A DNA stretch of 62,712 nucleotides, the filler included, from Asterionella formosa (lineage: Eukaryota), in the NCBI GenBank assembly GCA_002256025.1. It is 8 parts of 8 records of this genome, joined end to end, with 100 filler letters (N's around TTAATTAATTAA, not from the genome) between each part and the next. Parts side by side here need not be neighbours in the genome. Positions count along the whole stretch, not along the records: positions 47,166 to 54,892 come from NKIB01012397.1; positions 54,993 to 62,712 come from NKIB01012398.1; 6 more parts are not named here. One strand, 5' to 3'. Within the stretch, counting starts at the first letter, position 1. Each line of letters begins with the position of its first letter. Of the stretch, positions 51,769 to 62,712 are shown piece after piece. The notes under the pieces were generated by a model. That model was given only the letters and a program-made list of their open reading frames with translations, had not been told where the DNA came from and did not search any database. The translations under genes and the position numbers were made by a program.

Positions 51769-54474
51769 TCAAAACATCCTTGATTGATCCGCGTGTGCCA
51801 TATAATCCCCTCTCGATGCTGGACAATACACATAATGCTCCCAGCCCTCCAACCTTGCCTTATCATCGTCATCCAAAACATCACCAGAATTCAAGATTTC
51901 TCTCCCCATTTGCGGTTCACAGTCAAAACAAACCAAGTGCTTGTCCTGATCCTTGGGAACCACTGGACATCCAGATGGTAATAACTTTTCACTCGATATT
52001 ACATCCTTCCGAATCAACATCCACATGAGTCCATTAGCTGGAAAGGACACGCTGCAGCCATTCATTCCGCATATCAACTTCACGCGTTTTGACTTTCGGC
52101 CACCAGAAACGACGGTGGATGGATCAACTTGATTCAGAGTTTTTGCATTTCCTTGGACTTTTCGGGGTCTGGCAGATTCGACACCAATCGTCGAGGCCTT
52201 GCCTTGTCGAGTCGCTGGCTTCCAGCCAGTTGGATTTTCATGTGTGTCACCTGACTTTCTTGTCTCAACCACTTCTGGCGTGTCCATTCTGGCAGATTCG
52301 ACACCAATCGTCGAGGCCTTGCGTTGTCGAGTCGCTGGCTTCAAGTTTATTGGATTTTTATGGGTATTAACTGGCTTTCTTGTCTCAATCACTTCCTGTG
52401 TTTCCAGTGTTTTTTCAACTTCGGTAGTTTCTTCGACCAGTTGAACATTGGCAGATACGACACCAATCTTCATAGAATTGCGTAGCTGTCTCGTTGGTTT
52501 CGAGAATAATGGAATTTCAACCTTTGCATTTGGCTTTCCGATCACCGTAGATTCTAACTTGTCTAAAATAGTGGTTGCTTTGTCAACTTCAGTCGTCTCG
52601 TCAGCATGTTTGGCACTGGCAGATTTGATCATTGCCTTGCGTTGCTGTGCTGCAGGCTTCAAGAATACCGGTAATGGATTTTCAATGCTCAACTGAGGCA
52701 TTTCAGATATCTTAACTGGCTTTCCGAACAGTGCCACCTCTACATTGTCCCAGTTGTCGACGTCAGTAGCTTGTTCGGTATGTTTTACCCTGGTAGATTC
52801 GAGACCAATTTTCACAGGATTGGTTTTTTTAGACATTTTCACCCTTGTTTCTGGATTTTTCTGTTCTTCATCGGAATTTTGGTCCACAGTCGCTAAATTT
52901 TCATCCACTCCCATGCCCTTCTGTTTTCCCGACCTTTCGCGCTTCTTGGACGGCTGTTTATAAAATAGGAGGGGAGAGCTCCGTCGTCGCGTTGTCTTGC
53001 TCGTATCGGGACGCGACTTAACTTCCCCAGTGGATTCCACTTGAAATGATATTGCCAACGTTCCTGGTGAACTCTTCACAGCATGCAACCAGTTTTGTGG
53101 CAACATCAAGCCATCTCCTGCCGTCAACGTAAGGCCCTCCCATCCTGCGCATTGGTCCTTAAAAGGATTAACGCCTTCAAAGATACTAGAATGTGATTCC
53201 ACGACGCGGAATTTTTCGTACAAACTGCAAACCGACGGAGATGCGTACATCATTTGCTTCATTCCCTTGAGAACAAGTAGGAAGGATGGATCTTGATCAT
53301 AATGCGTATTGCTAAGTGTCTCCTGCGTTGTACTGATGAAGGCAATTGCCTTTTGATTTGCCTTTCGCTTGACTCGCATTCCACGAGGAAGACAGCAATC
53401 ATCAAAAAAGTCCATCACAAACTGACTGGTGAGATGTGCCTTGAAGTATCCTGCTTCAATTCGAGAAGGCGCACTAGCAATGCATTGTCGAGGGTACACA
53501 ATGTCAGATTTGATCATTTCATTTGCATATTCTGGAAAGTGTAGATTGAAATATCTGGCCAAGTCTGACTCCAGTTCTAAACAAGCACGTGTCATTCTGG
53601 AAGTTATCATCAAATTTGAGTAAACAATTGGTTCCGGGGCCAAATCATGAAGGCCAGGTGGAATATGGTCCCTGAGTTTGCGAATAGCACGTGGTATGTT
53701 CCGATTCGTTTTCTTTCTAAGAGGCTGGATGATAATCAAAGGAGTGGGAGGATCATGAGTGTTGACGTGTCCAGTTCCAACTCCTTCCTTGTCAGCGTGG
53801 CTCGTCAGGACCTGATCGTTCGTTTGCTGCTGCACAGGTTCGTGAGCCGTTGCAGTTTCAGTCGCCTGATGGCAATCGCCTTCATCGACACAGCTTTTTC
53901 CAATGTCCGCTTGAGAGTAATCTAAAATAATATGCTCGAAATCTGGACTGATGCTTCCAGCTTTCGGTGAAAGGGCTCGGTCAACATCAGCCCTTGCTGA
54001 CGGCGACTTGATGCTGCTGTTGGCCCTCTCGGCTTCCGCGTTGGCGTCCTCTTCGACTTCTGATAACAAGGGAGCAACGTGATCCACGACTTCGTCAATG
54101 GCATGGTCTTCAGTGCTTGACAGTCGCCGCGGAGATTGCACAGGGGGCAGGAAAGCAGAATTGGCATTATCATTGGTCTGAACATGACAGGCATCATGTT
54201 GTGGACTGTTTTCGACGACGCTCGGTGCCTGCTGGCTCAGAAGGACCACTAGAAAGTCAATGTCGAGAGAAAACTTTTCGATGGTGCTCATGAGGATCAA
54301 ATTAGCCAGGTCTTCGTTGCTGATAATGAGCTTCTGCGGCCGGGGTAGCTTGCAGTTGACGCAGCACGCGTCCGTAAAGTCTACGCTGCTTCCGCAACCG
54401 CTGCAGTCGAACTGACGATGGCGAAGCGTCGGGGGGAGCGCACTGTTGCTTGCTATCTCTGTGGAGCCAGCCAT
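51769..54474 (-). CDS. 901-aa protein with a RanBP2-like zinc finger, JmjC/cupin domain, 40-aa repeats and a C-terminal Cys cluster
   Basis: CSGC..CVNCKLPR; THYDQDPSFLLVLKGMK...LTAGDGLMLPQNWLHAVKS; 120-bp repeats at ~52170-52400. Confidence 0.8.
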   Translation of the reverse strand: MAGSTEIASNSALPPTLRHRQFDCSGCGSSVDFTDACCVNCKLPRPQKLIISNEDLANLILMSTIEKFSLDIDFLVVLLSQQAPSVVENSPQHDACHVQTNDNANSAFLPPVQSPRRLSSTEDHAIDEVVDHVAPLLSEVEEDANAEAERANSSIKSPSARADVDRALSPKAGSISPDFEHIILDYSQADIGKSCVDEGDCHQATETATAHEPVQQQTNDQVLTSHADKEGVGTGHVNTHDPPTPLIIIQPLRKKTNRNIPRAIRKLRDHIPPGLHDLAPEPIVYSNLMITSRMTRACLELESDLARYFNLHFPEYANEMIKSDIVYPRQCIASAPSRIEAGYFKAHLTSQFVMDFFDDCCLPRGMRVKRKANQKAIAFISTTQETLSNTHYDQDPSFLLVLKGMKQMMYASPSVCSLYEKFRVVESHSSIFEGVNPFKDQCAGWEGLTLTAGDGLMLPQNWLHAVKSSPGTLAISFQVESTGEVKSRPDTSKTTRRRSSPLLFYKQPSKKRERSGKQKGMGVDENLATVDQNSDEEQKNPETRVKMSKKTNPVKIGLESTRVKHTEQATDVDNWDNVEVALFGKPVKISEMPQLSIENPLPVFLKPAAQQRKAMIKSASAKHADETTEVDKATTILDKLESTVIGKPNAKVEIPLFSKPTRQLRNSMKIGVVSANVQLVEETTEVEKTLETQEVIETRKPVNTHKNPINLKPATRQRKASTIGVESARMDTPEVVETRKSGDTHENPTGWKPATRQGKASTIGVESARPRKVQGNAKTLNQVDPSTVVSGGRKSKRVKLICGMNGCSVSFPANGLMWMLIRKDVISSEKLLPSGCPVVPKDQDKHLVCFDCEPQMGREILNSGDVLDDDDKARLEGWEHYVYCPASRGDYMAHADQSRMF

Positions 54475-56610
54475 TGGAGGATATCGCTCTTGCTAATTGC
54501 AAACAAGCAACGAAAGGTTCACAGTCAACATCACCAAGAGGTTGTGGAAGTCATTTTTCTATTTGATTTTTCACTTGTCGTCTGACTTTCCTCGTGTCGT
54601 GGTATGTACCAGGTACCAGTACTGACTGGTACTGCAGCTATGATGTAATGTGTACTAACATACAGGTAAGTCAATACCCAGTAGTTCATAACAATAGGTT
54701 ATACATACCTGAATATATTATTTTTAATTTCAAGTTTGCTAGCTACGACAATGTCAGCGTATATTATGGATGACAATTTGGTATTGGTACCTGGTACCAA
54801 AATAGGTACTTGGACGTTGAATACCGCTATATGCGCACATGCCATACTCTCAAGAGGATGTACCGGTATGATTCATACTTTTGAATAATTTTNNNNNNNN
54901 NNNNNNNNNNNNNNNNNNNNNNNNNNNNNNNNNNNNTTAATTAATTAANNNNNNNNNNNNNNNNNNNNNNNNNNNNNNNNNNNNNNNNNNNNCACATGCC
55001 GGCATCAATACAGCTATAACAAGGAAAAACGACACGATAATGAACGTGATGGCTGGTTGTTGAGGATACCGGTATGTGATATGCATCAATCCATATCACA
55101 AATCATATTATAGTGATGTTCATATCAACGCATCTGTATACTTAGATCCTATCCACCGTATAATCATACTATCATTTTAACTGTTGGTTTTTACTATATA
55201 CATTAAAAGTCGAATATATGTAGATAAGGTAACATACTTAATGATTTATTTATTTATTTTCTTTGATGTATTGATAACACTTGCGTACATATTTTATCTT
55301 ATTTTATTATCATTGTATTATTTTAACATGATCATTTTTTGAACAAAAATATATATCATAAACATTTTAAGAAATCATCACAGTTCTATGATCAATGCAT
55401 CATAGCTATGTGATATACTTTATACAATATTAGGTATCATACTTAGGTGATGTATGCATCGATGTAACCCTATCGTGATATCACATTATCCTCTTATCAA
55501 TCATTCAATGTTGATTTGGAACTTTATTCTGGCTCGTACTACAGAGTATGATATTATAACACGCACTTTAGTACCTAAGTCACTCCTGTAATGTACACAA
55601 CAGACGTACACACACGCTAATTAGGTTTAAGGCAACAGACAGTTGTTCCAACGAGCAAATGACAATATCACGGGTACCAATTGTTCCAGCGGCAGACCGC
55701 AATGATGAAGGACACTTGTGTCTCTATTGATGAGGATGACACAAACACCGACTTTTCCAGGAGCAAACAACAATGAAGAGACCCACTTGTCCCTCTATTG
55801 ATGGTAACAAAGATGCGGACAAGTTCAACATTGAATACAAGAACAACATACCAACGAAAACGAGTCGGCAGTGTGTGTACGCACACGCCAAGGAGGTTTG
55901 AGGCAACGGACAGTTCCAACAAGCAAATGATGATACGGATATTAAATATTTCCTACGAGCAAACAACAACGAAGAGAGCCACTTGCTTTCGCTCTCTTGA
56001 TGGTATCAACGATGTGGACAAGTTCAATAGTAAATACAACTACAGCATGCCAAATGCAGAAACGAGCGATATGAAAAAGAAATTGTCATCAGAATCATTC
56101 TATAACTATAGCTACGTGGACAGTAGTCTGTTACATTTTCGTATCTCCTTTTATGCTGAATCTCAATAGTAGATGTAGTATCATGTGAGAATTGAAGATG
56201 TCAATGAGAAAAAGTAGAATGTGTTTGTTTACAGGTTGATTCTTTGCGAGATTGTAATGCTGGTGGTCGACGAAACGGATTTACTATGTGCTCTGTGTGC
56301 GGAACCATTACAAGTTCGAATGATTTCTTCTCTGTAAACTCTTAATTGAATGATTATGAACAAAGGTTCACTGCACATGACAATTACTCAAAGATGTAAT
56401 GATCACTTGACCAACAATTGAACACGTTATCGCAAAAAATCATTCCACTTGTCATCGCTTGTATTTCGTTGTTGTTGCAAAAATCGGAGTGATGATGGGT
56501 GGAAATGACGAGCCAAATTACATCACTTTAGCTGGTACATTATCCTACCACGAAAATCAAATACAGGAATCTAATAGAAACAATAGATATAAAAATTAAA
56601 TATATGTAGT

Positions 56611-56737
56611 CAAAAGGGTTACTATTTAAATTACAAGGGCATTTATCAAAATTATTAGATGATATAACAAAAAATTATGATCAGATGATCACAATCCTAT
56701 GATGCATCATGGAAATATGATAGTTTTTATTTGCAGA
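56611..56737. repeat. AT-rich dispersed repeat, copy 2 (see 23641-23771)
   Basis: Direct similarity to 23641-23771. Confidence 0.75.
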
Positions 56738-56744
56738 TGTGTAC

Positions 56745-56888
56745 TGGTCAAGACTGGGGTTGCACACAGGTTTTTAGTGAGTGAAAGTCTCACACAACTT
56801 CGCCCAGATGTAGGGATGGGGTGCCTCACCAGATGCCATCACATAAATGGATTATGGGGTGCTTCAAACCACCCCTGAATAAGTGTGA
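56745..56888 (+). repeat. Second copy of the LINE 3'-UTR-like segment (reverse complement of ~42052-42193)
   Basis: Shares TGCACACAGGTTTTTAGTGAGTGAAAGTCTCACAC exactly; flanks are similar but diverged. Confidence 0.8.
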
Positions 56889-57459
56889 TGGTTAAAGAAA
56901 TCGGAACCCTCCCATGATGCCCCCCAAGCACCCCACAATAAGAACAGGGTACTAGATAGGCAAAATGGCCAGACAGATTTTCTCCTGGCACCTTGGAACA
57001 GCCAAAAAAGGCAGTTAAAATTTGCATTCATGCTAAATTTTTGTTTGGATGATGTCTGTTGCTATTTATTTTGGTGTTTGATGATGTCACGAAACCTAGC
57101 CCTAACCCCTAAATTTTGGTGGATTAGGGTTAGGGTTCCACAATAACTCCACGACCGTTTTTATTACTGGTAAATCACTACCGATAAGCGTGCTAAAGTT
57201 TTAGTTTCTGCACAATTACCGATACCGGAACTTGCTGGCACAATGTACCTGGTACCAGGTACTGTACATGATAAGTTGAATACCGGTACAAGAATTTGGT
57301 CCTCATGAGACATGGGTAACTTACAGATTTTTGTAACCACAGGAATTCTCATGTCCCCCTGCTACATCGCTTTGGTGCTGGGGTACTCCTATCGGGTATT
57401 CGTCAGCAATTACTTCGGTCAGCCATTTCCACTGATCACATCGTGTGAAAGACGACACA

Positions 57460-58041
57460 ATGAGAGTCAGTTTGATCGTTACCATGTTCATGTTTCAATT
57501 AGTCCCTTGTGTCTCTGAAAGTTCAATCATGATACCCACGACATCTGGTTGGAGCACACGCCGAACTACTCGCACCAATAGAAAGTTTTCTCAAAATTGG
57601 CTTGATTCGGCACTATTGAGCAGAGGAGGCGGGAGCGGTATGATCATGAATCCAGCAAAACCCATAACTGCCATACTTGCGAAGCTGGCAAATTATATCG
57701 GCTCGTCGAAGTCAAGATGTTGGACAGTTCTGGTTCTTGCTATGCTAAACGAAATCGCGGCAACAGCAATGACCAAGTCAGCCAGAGACACTTCAGACCC
57801 CACTAGATTGACAATCGCTATCGGTATGTACGTAGCTAGTTTATTGGGGTTCGCAACTGCACTGGCTAAAATTGATGTTAGCACTGCCTACGCATGTTGG
57901 TCAGCGACAGGGACAGCACTCGTTTCCGTCGTAGGCTTTACTTTCTTCGGCGAGGACTTCGATACCATCAAGCTGCTTTGCGTTTCCTTAATTCTTGTTG
58001 GTGTGGTTGGATTGAATCTGCGAGATGTGGCTAGTAGCTGA
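57460..58041 (+). CDS. Small multidrug resistance (SMR; EmrE/QacE-like) transporter with an N-terminal signal/transit extension
   Basis: TM1 with the conserved Glu (LAMLNEIAAT), AYACWSATG, FFGE, LILVGVVGLN; ~85-aa N-terminal extension starting with a hydrophobic signal. Confidence 0.85.
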   Translation: MRVSLIVTMFMFQLVPCVSESSIMIPTTSGWSTRRTTRTNRKFSQNWLDSALLSRGGGSGMIMNPAKPITAILAKLANYIGSSKSRCWTVLVLAMLNEIAATAMTKSARDTSDPTRLTIAIGMYVASLLGFATALAKIDVSTAYACWSATGTALVSVVGFTFFGEDFDTIKLLCVSLILVGVVGLNLRDVASS

Positions 58042-58105
58042 TGTGACTAGTAGCTTATGGACTCGATGGAAACCAATAATAATAAGTAATACAGTGCAAG
58101 AATGC

Positions 58106-58231
58106 AGTCTTAACTGCAAGCTTGCGTAAAAATGAAATTGACATGTAATACACACACAAGGTAACCATAGTCTTAATTGCAAGCTTGCGTACAAATCAAA
58201 TTGACACGTAATACACACAGGAAGTAACCAT
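58106..58231. repeat. 63-bp imperfect tandem duplication downstream of the SMR gene
   Basis: AGTCTTAA.TGCAAGCTTGCGTA...GTAACCAT occurs twice. Confidence 0.85.
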
Positions 58232-59296
58232 GCTTCTAGAAAGGACCCAAAACACATCCCCAGACATCATTGAAGACAGTAAAAAGATCTGAAAGACGCA
58301 TTCGTCCCAGTAGATCATTTTGGTGCACCACAGATGTCATGCCAATGACGACAATATCATATGGAATTGGTTCAGGGGAAGATGGCCTAGCCTCGACTCA
58401 CTGCTTTCTCCATTCAAAGCATGCCTTTCCCCCCCCCCCAAAATAATCCTCGATTCTGAAAGGGTCTAATGCCAGAGAAATTGTCTTCGGATTAATTGGA
58501 AGTATCCAAGTCGTGCAGCAACTTGCTTCCTTCATGCTTGCTCCGCATTTCAGACCCAGAAGGAGCACCGCGGGTCAATACGTTCTCTGGATCAATCATA
58601 AAGAAGTAGAGAAAGTTAGGTCCAGGTGGTTTCTTGCTTTGAAACTTGACGGAATTAGCAGCAGCAACTGGATTGAACAAGGGGTCATGAACAGTAGCTA
58701 ACCGCATTCTTGTCATCACAGTTAGCGTGCTGATCGTGAGTATTACATAAGCAACATAGGTAAGGAGAAGAGCGTGTGAGAAAGGAGTCCATCTGAGAGA
58801 AAGAGCTTGTCATGAATGTTCTTCCGTACCTTGCATCATGAGATGGATCCAAAACCTGAATTGGACACGAACTACCTGGACCTTGTTCTTCCATTTTCGA
58901 ATCTCTCGTCTTCCGTCCAATCAATCTCATTCAAGAAACTTTTGGTATTGGGGAGGGAGACCCCTCTTCAAATGACTGACACCGACTGCTGATCTTCATC
59001 GACAGGCGCGTCACCAAGTTCACCATTTGCAGAATTGCTTGCGTTCGCTTGTGGGACTGGAGGGTCATGATAATACTGTTGACTCAAAAGTCTCCCTATT
59101 ATTAATACGCATTAATGGCGGGTAATTGTTATCGCATTTCTCCGTGAATATACTGATTTTACGAAGATATGTTGAAGTGAGCTCATCTACATTGTTAGGA
59201 CTTGGAGTCAAACAAGTCAAAAGATTCGAATGAGTCAACTGATTTGAATGAGTCAACTTTGATGCACCAAGCTCTCATCAACCACACATTATACTT

Positions 59297-59612
59297 TGTT
59301 ACTCCGCCTATAATGAGCCGGATGATATAAGCTATTTTGGAAGACCGATAGTTTGAAAATGAATGATCATGGTTAAAAACCTATGATCAGTAAGCGTGAG
59401 ATAGACATGGGTCTAGTATCTATGATTGTATGTTTCTAGAAATGCAAACCGCATTTGGAGAATAGTTCATTTGTTTATTCAAACAGAACAACCTAAAACT
59501 AGATTAGTAAATTCACAATAAGAATATAGAAACGGAAAGAGAAATGAATGTCTCTATCTATAGTCTTCTTTGTCTAACAATATAGATCTATCAAAAAGGA
59601 AATACTTTAACA
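59297..59612 (+). repeat. Putative 5' LTR of Copia element 3
   Basis: 5-bp inverted termini, ending 28 nt before the gag ATG; no second LTR is available to confirm the start. Confidence 0.6.
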
Positions 59613-61769
59613 CGTTTATAAACAAACTTAAGTGTTTAACATGTCTACAGAAATGTCTGAAGAGAGCATGAGGCTCATCAAGTTTTATGGCAACAAAATG
59701 AACTGGTACCAGTGGAGCGTTAAAATGCTTGCTCTGGCGAAGGCAAGAGGCTTTCGAACGATGTACTCAAAGAACCACAATATGTGCTCTGACGAAGAGT
59801 ATAAAGTTGAGACAGACAAGGGAGTCAGGGCAATCTACGAGGCCAATGACAAGGCTTACCAGCTGCTCATCATGAGCTGCCCCGGAATAGCCTTCGGACT
59901 TGTAAATCAAGCAAAAACGAAAACGTTGATCGATGGCGATGCATACATGGCGTGGAAGAACCTCGAAGCGAGGTATGTCCCCCATTCTGTGTCGGACCTG
60001 ATCCAGCTGGCAAGCAATTTCAAAAAATGCAAGCTGAACGATAGCTCTTCTGATCCAGATGAATAGTTCATTGAGCTCGATCTAATACAAAGCAAGATGA
60101 TGGCGATTGACCCATCATTTGAGAAGAAAGAAATGGAAGTGATTGCGAATGCCATCGACAAGCTTCCAGTGGAGTACAGCGAGGTTGTTACAGTCATCGA
60201 GGGCATGACAACAATCAGCCTCAACGAATTGAAAGGCAAGATTCGAGCATTCTACAAACGAAAGCTAAAGGGCACGATGAGGACAAAGGAGATCGCCCTA
60301 TTCATGCAGAAATACAAAGGTATCTGCAAGAACTGCGGCAAACCAGGGCACAAGGCCAAGGTGTGCCAGTCGAAAACGAACACAAGCGAAACGAATGCAA
60401 ACGGAACGAACGAAAAAAATGAGATTCAGTGCTATAATTGCAATAAATATGTCGGGCATATTGCAAGAGACTGCCCAGAACCAAAACGCGCACTACGTGG
60501 TGAGAAGAAAAAAACCGGCATGTACGTCGGAATGTTCGAGGAGATTACAGGTATGGAGGCGAAGAACGCTATCCATGGTACCATGGACGTGATGCAGAAT
60601 ACTACCGAGACTCCTACTGAAGAACTCCTATGCGTGTGTTTTGTCCCTACAATGGAAGACGAATGGTACAAAGATCAATACTGCGCGTCAAGCAACGGAA
60701 CAGAGCGCTGGCTTGCGGAGACTGGGGCTACCACACACATCACTATGACTGACGAATACATGACCGAAGTCGAAAATGTCAACATCTCGGTCATTGTTGG
60801 TGACGGTAAAGAGGTGGTATGCACGAAACGAGGTGATATTCTGATTACCAATAAAACGTGCTCCATGTTACTACGCAAGGTACTCTACACTCCACACTTC
60901 CACAAGAATATCGTCAGCATCGGGTAATTTGTCAAGAACGGAGGGTGCGAGACACGCATGAAGGGATCTGAGTTGAGTCTACATCAGGAAGGGTACGAGA
61001 ACGAACTTACCTTTTCTTGTGAGGATCAAGGCGTCCTTTACTACTTCAAGGGAAAACGTACCCAACAATCCGAAACGGTCTTGTCTATCCATGACTTGAC
61101 AACAAGCCGTACACCTGATCCTACTCCAATGATTACCAAGACAGTGATGCAACTTCCTACGGCAAAACTACCAAGAAACCAACGCAAATTGACATCAACG
61201 AGGCCCACAACAAAAAGGCCACATCAGCGAGGCATCCCTTCGCGCAATGCTAAAGTCCCTCGGTATTGAACCTACGGGCAAGATTCAGTCGTGTGAAAGA
61301 TGCACATTAGATAAGGCAAAGGCCAAAGCGGTACCTAAAGTCACAACCCTCAAGGCCACTACTCCTGATGAACGATTGTACGTGGACATTTCAGGTCCCT
61401 ACAAGAAATCTTTGATTGGAAGCAACTACTGGATTCTATTTGTGGATCAGTACACAGGAAAAGCATGGAGTTATTTTGTTAACAAGAAGAGTCTTTTGGC
61501 AAACATCGCGGATGCCCTACTGACTACACTCAAGTCAGCGGGCTATGTAGTACGCTTCCTATGGTGTGACAACGCTGGTGAACACATGACCAGTCTTAGT
61601 ATCGTCTGCACCATGCAGAGTATTCAGATTGAGTATACTGCCCTCCATACTCCTCAACAGAACGGAGTCGTGGAACGAAAATTTGTGACGATACAAGACC
61701 GAGCATGCGCCTCCATGTTCAGCGCAAAATTGTCAGGCGAATACCAGGGGCTACTGTGAGCTGAGAGTG
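59297..61769 (+). mobile_element. Ty1/copia element 3: 5' LTR plus decayed gag-PR-IN, truncated within the integrase
   Basis: Probable LTR TGTTA...TAACA (59297-59612); gag ATG 59641; CKNCGKPGH and CYNCNKYVGH knuckles; PR WLAETGATTH; IN YVDISG, CDNAGE, NGVVER. Stops at 60064, 60925 and 61757, with frameshifts near 61150-61240. Confidence 0.9.
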
Positions 61770-62712
61770 CACCTGCAAATAAAAAGTATCATGCATATAG
61801 GATCAAGGGTATCATATGCTAAGTGGCACAGAATTTTTGTATATATGATAATTTTTGGATCAAAACTATGATCAAGGTATCCTATAACTATGATGATTTA
61901 TTAATATTTTACCGACCTTGAAGTATAATGATAATAAGAACATTATCATCACACAATGTATATCAACTGATCAACAACATTACTCATCATCATCATAAAC
62001 TTTCTCATATTATTTTCAATTCTCGTGATTGCCCGATGTAAATTATTACTACAACGCATCCTAAAATCAGCTCAACTCTATGCTATCAGTTCAATTGTTT
62101 CATCGTAAATCTATCGTAAACATGATCATAATTCTAATCACAAGCATTGCTCAAAATACATTGAAATGGATCGTAATTTAACTATCAAAATTAGCAATGC
62201 TATCTATTATTCTACATGCCAGCAACCCAACGTTTCTCTCTCTACTTGGCTCAATGTATATTGTTCCTGTCTCGCCCTTTTCGTCCTCTTTTCTGAATCT
62301 TGTGCCAAGCAATGCCTTACTAATGTTGCGTCTCTTTTCCTGCTGTTAGTTTCACTCTAAACTCGCCGACTATTCCGTTGTTTGATTGGTTTTATTGTCC
62401 TATGCAGTTACAGTAACAATGAGAAGGAATGATTTGTTAGCTAGACATGTTACATTGACACAACATCACGCCATTCCATTGTATCCTCGTGCTTGCTTCA
62501 CTTACCACAGACAAATCAAAGCAAGTGATGTATAAGTCTGTAATAGTAAATTGTCAGTAAATTCTTGAATAAGTAAGTTTCAGGCTGCTTTCCAATGTTG
62601 CCGAATATAACTTACCGATTCATTTTCGTTAGCTTAACTTTGAGAGAAGGTAAAGTGGCGTGTCCGTCAGTGATGTTCCATCAGAAGTGAATACATCCAA
62701 TAACAACAGCAC

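Noticed and set aside
50430..58231. CRISPR-like arrays from the 74-bp and 63-bp repeats
   Set aside because: They are simple two-copy tandem duplications without spacers, in eukaryotic context with no cas genes.
58260..59256. Minus-strand coding-like region next to Copia 3
   Set aside because: Multiple stops in all frames and no recognisable motif; it cannot be called.

Overview
Eukaryotic nuclear DNA, most likely from a diatom or other photosynthetic stramenopile. This is inferred from short GT-AG introns, bipartite plastid/periplastid targeting sequences, a signal-peptide-bearing Cdc48, CoDi-like Copia elements and a Crypton-type recombinase. The window is not one locus: it is eight unrelated ~7.7-kb contigs sorted by decreasing length and joined by artificial N44-TTAATTAATTAA-N44 linkers, so adjacency across linkers means nothing. 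About half is transposon material: three Ty1/copia elements (one with both LTRs and a 6-bp TSD), older Copia relics, a DIRS/Ngaro-like RT relic, a LINE 3' end, a DDE transposase relic, a MITE and a Crypton tyrosine-recombinase element. The Crypton ORF is preceded by two inverted palindromic sites with a lox/dif-like arm-8 bp spacer-arm layout. Host genes include an S28 peptidase, Upf1/Sen1-like helicase, thylakoid FKBP, EEP nuclease/phosphatase, PITH protein, ETF-beta, UPRT, periplastid-type Cdc48, a glycosyltransferase-like protein, a SAM methyltransferase, a DUF2306-like protein, a zinc finger-JmjC protein and a presequence-bearing bacterial-type SMR transporter. All calls come from reading motifs by eye; no database searches were run.
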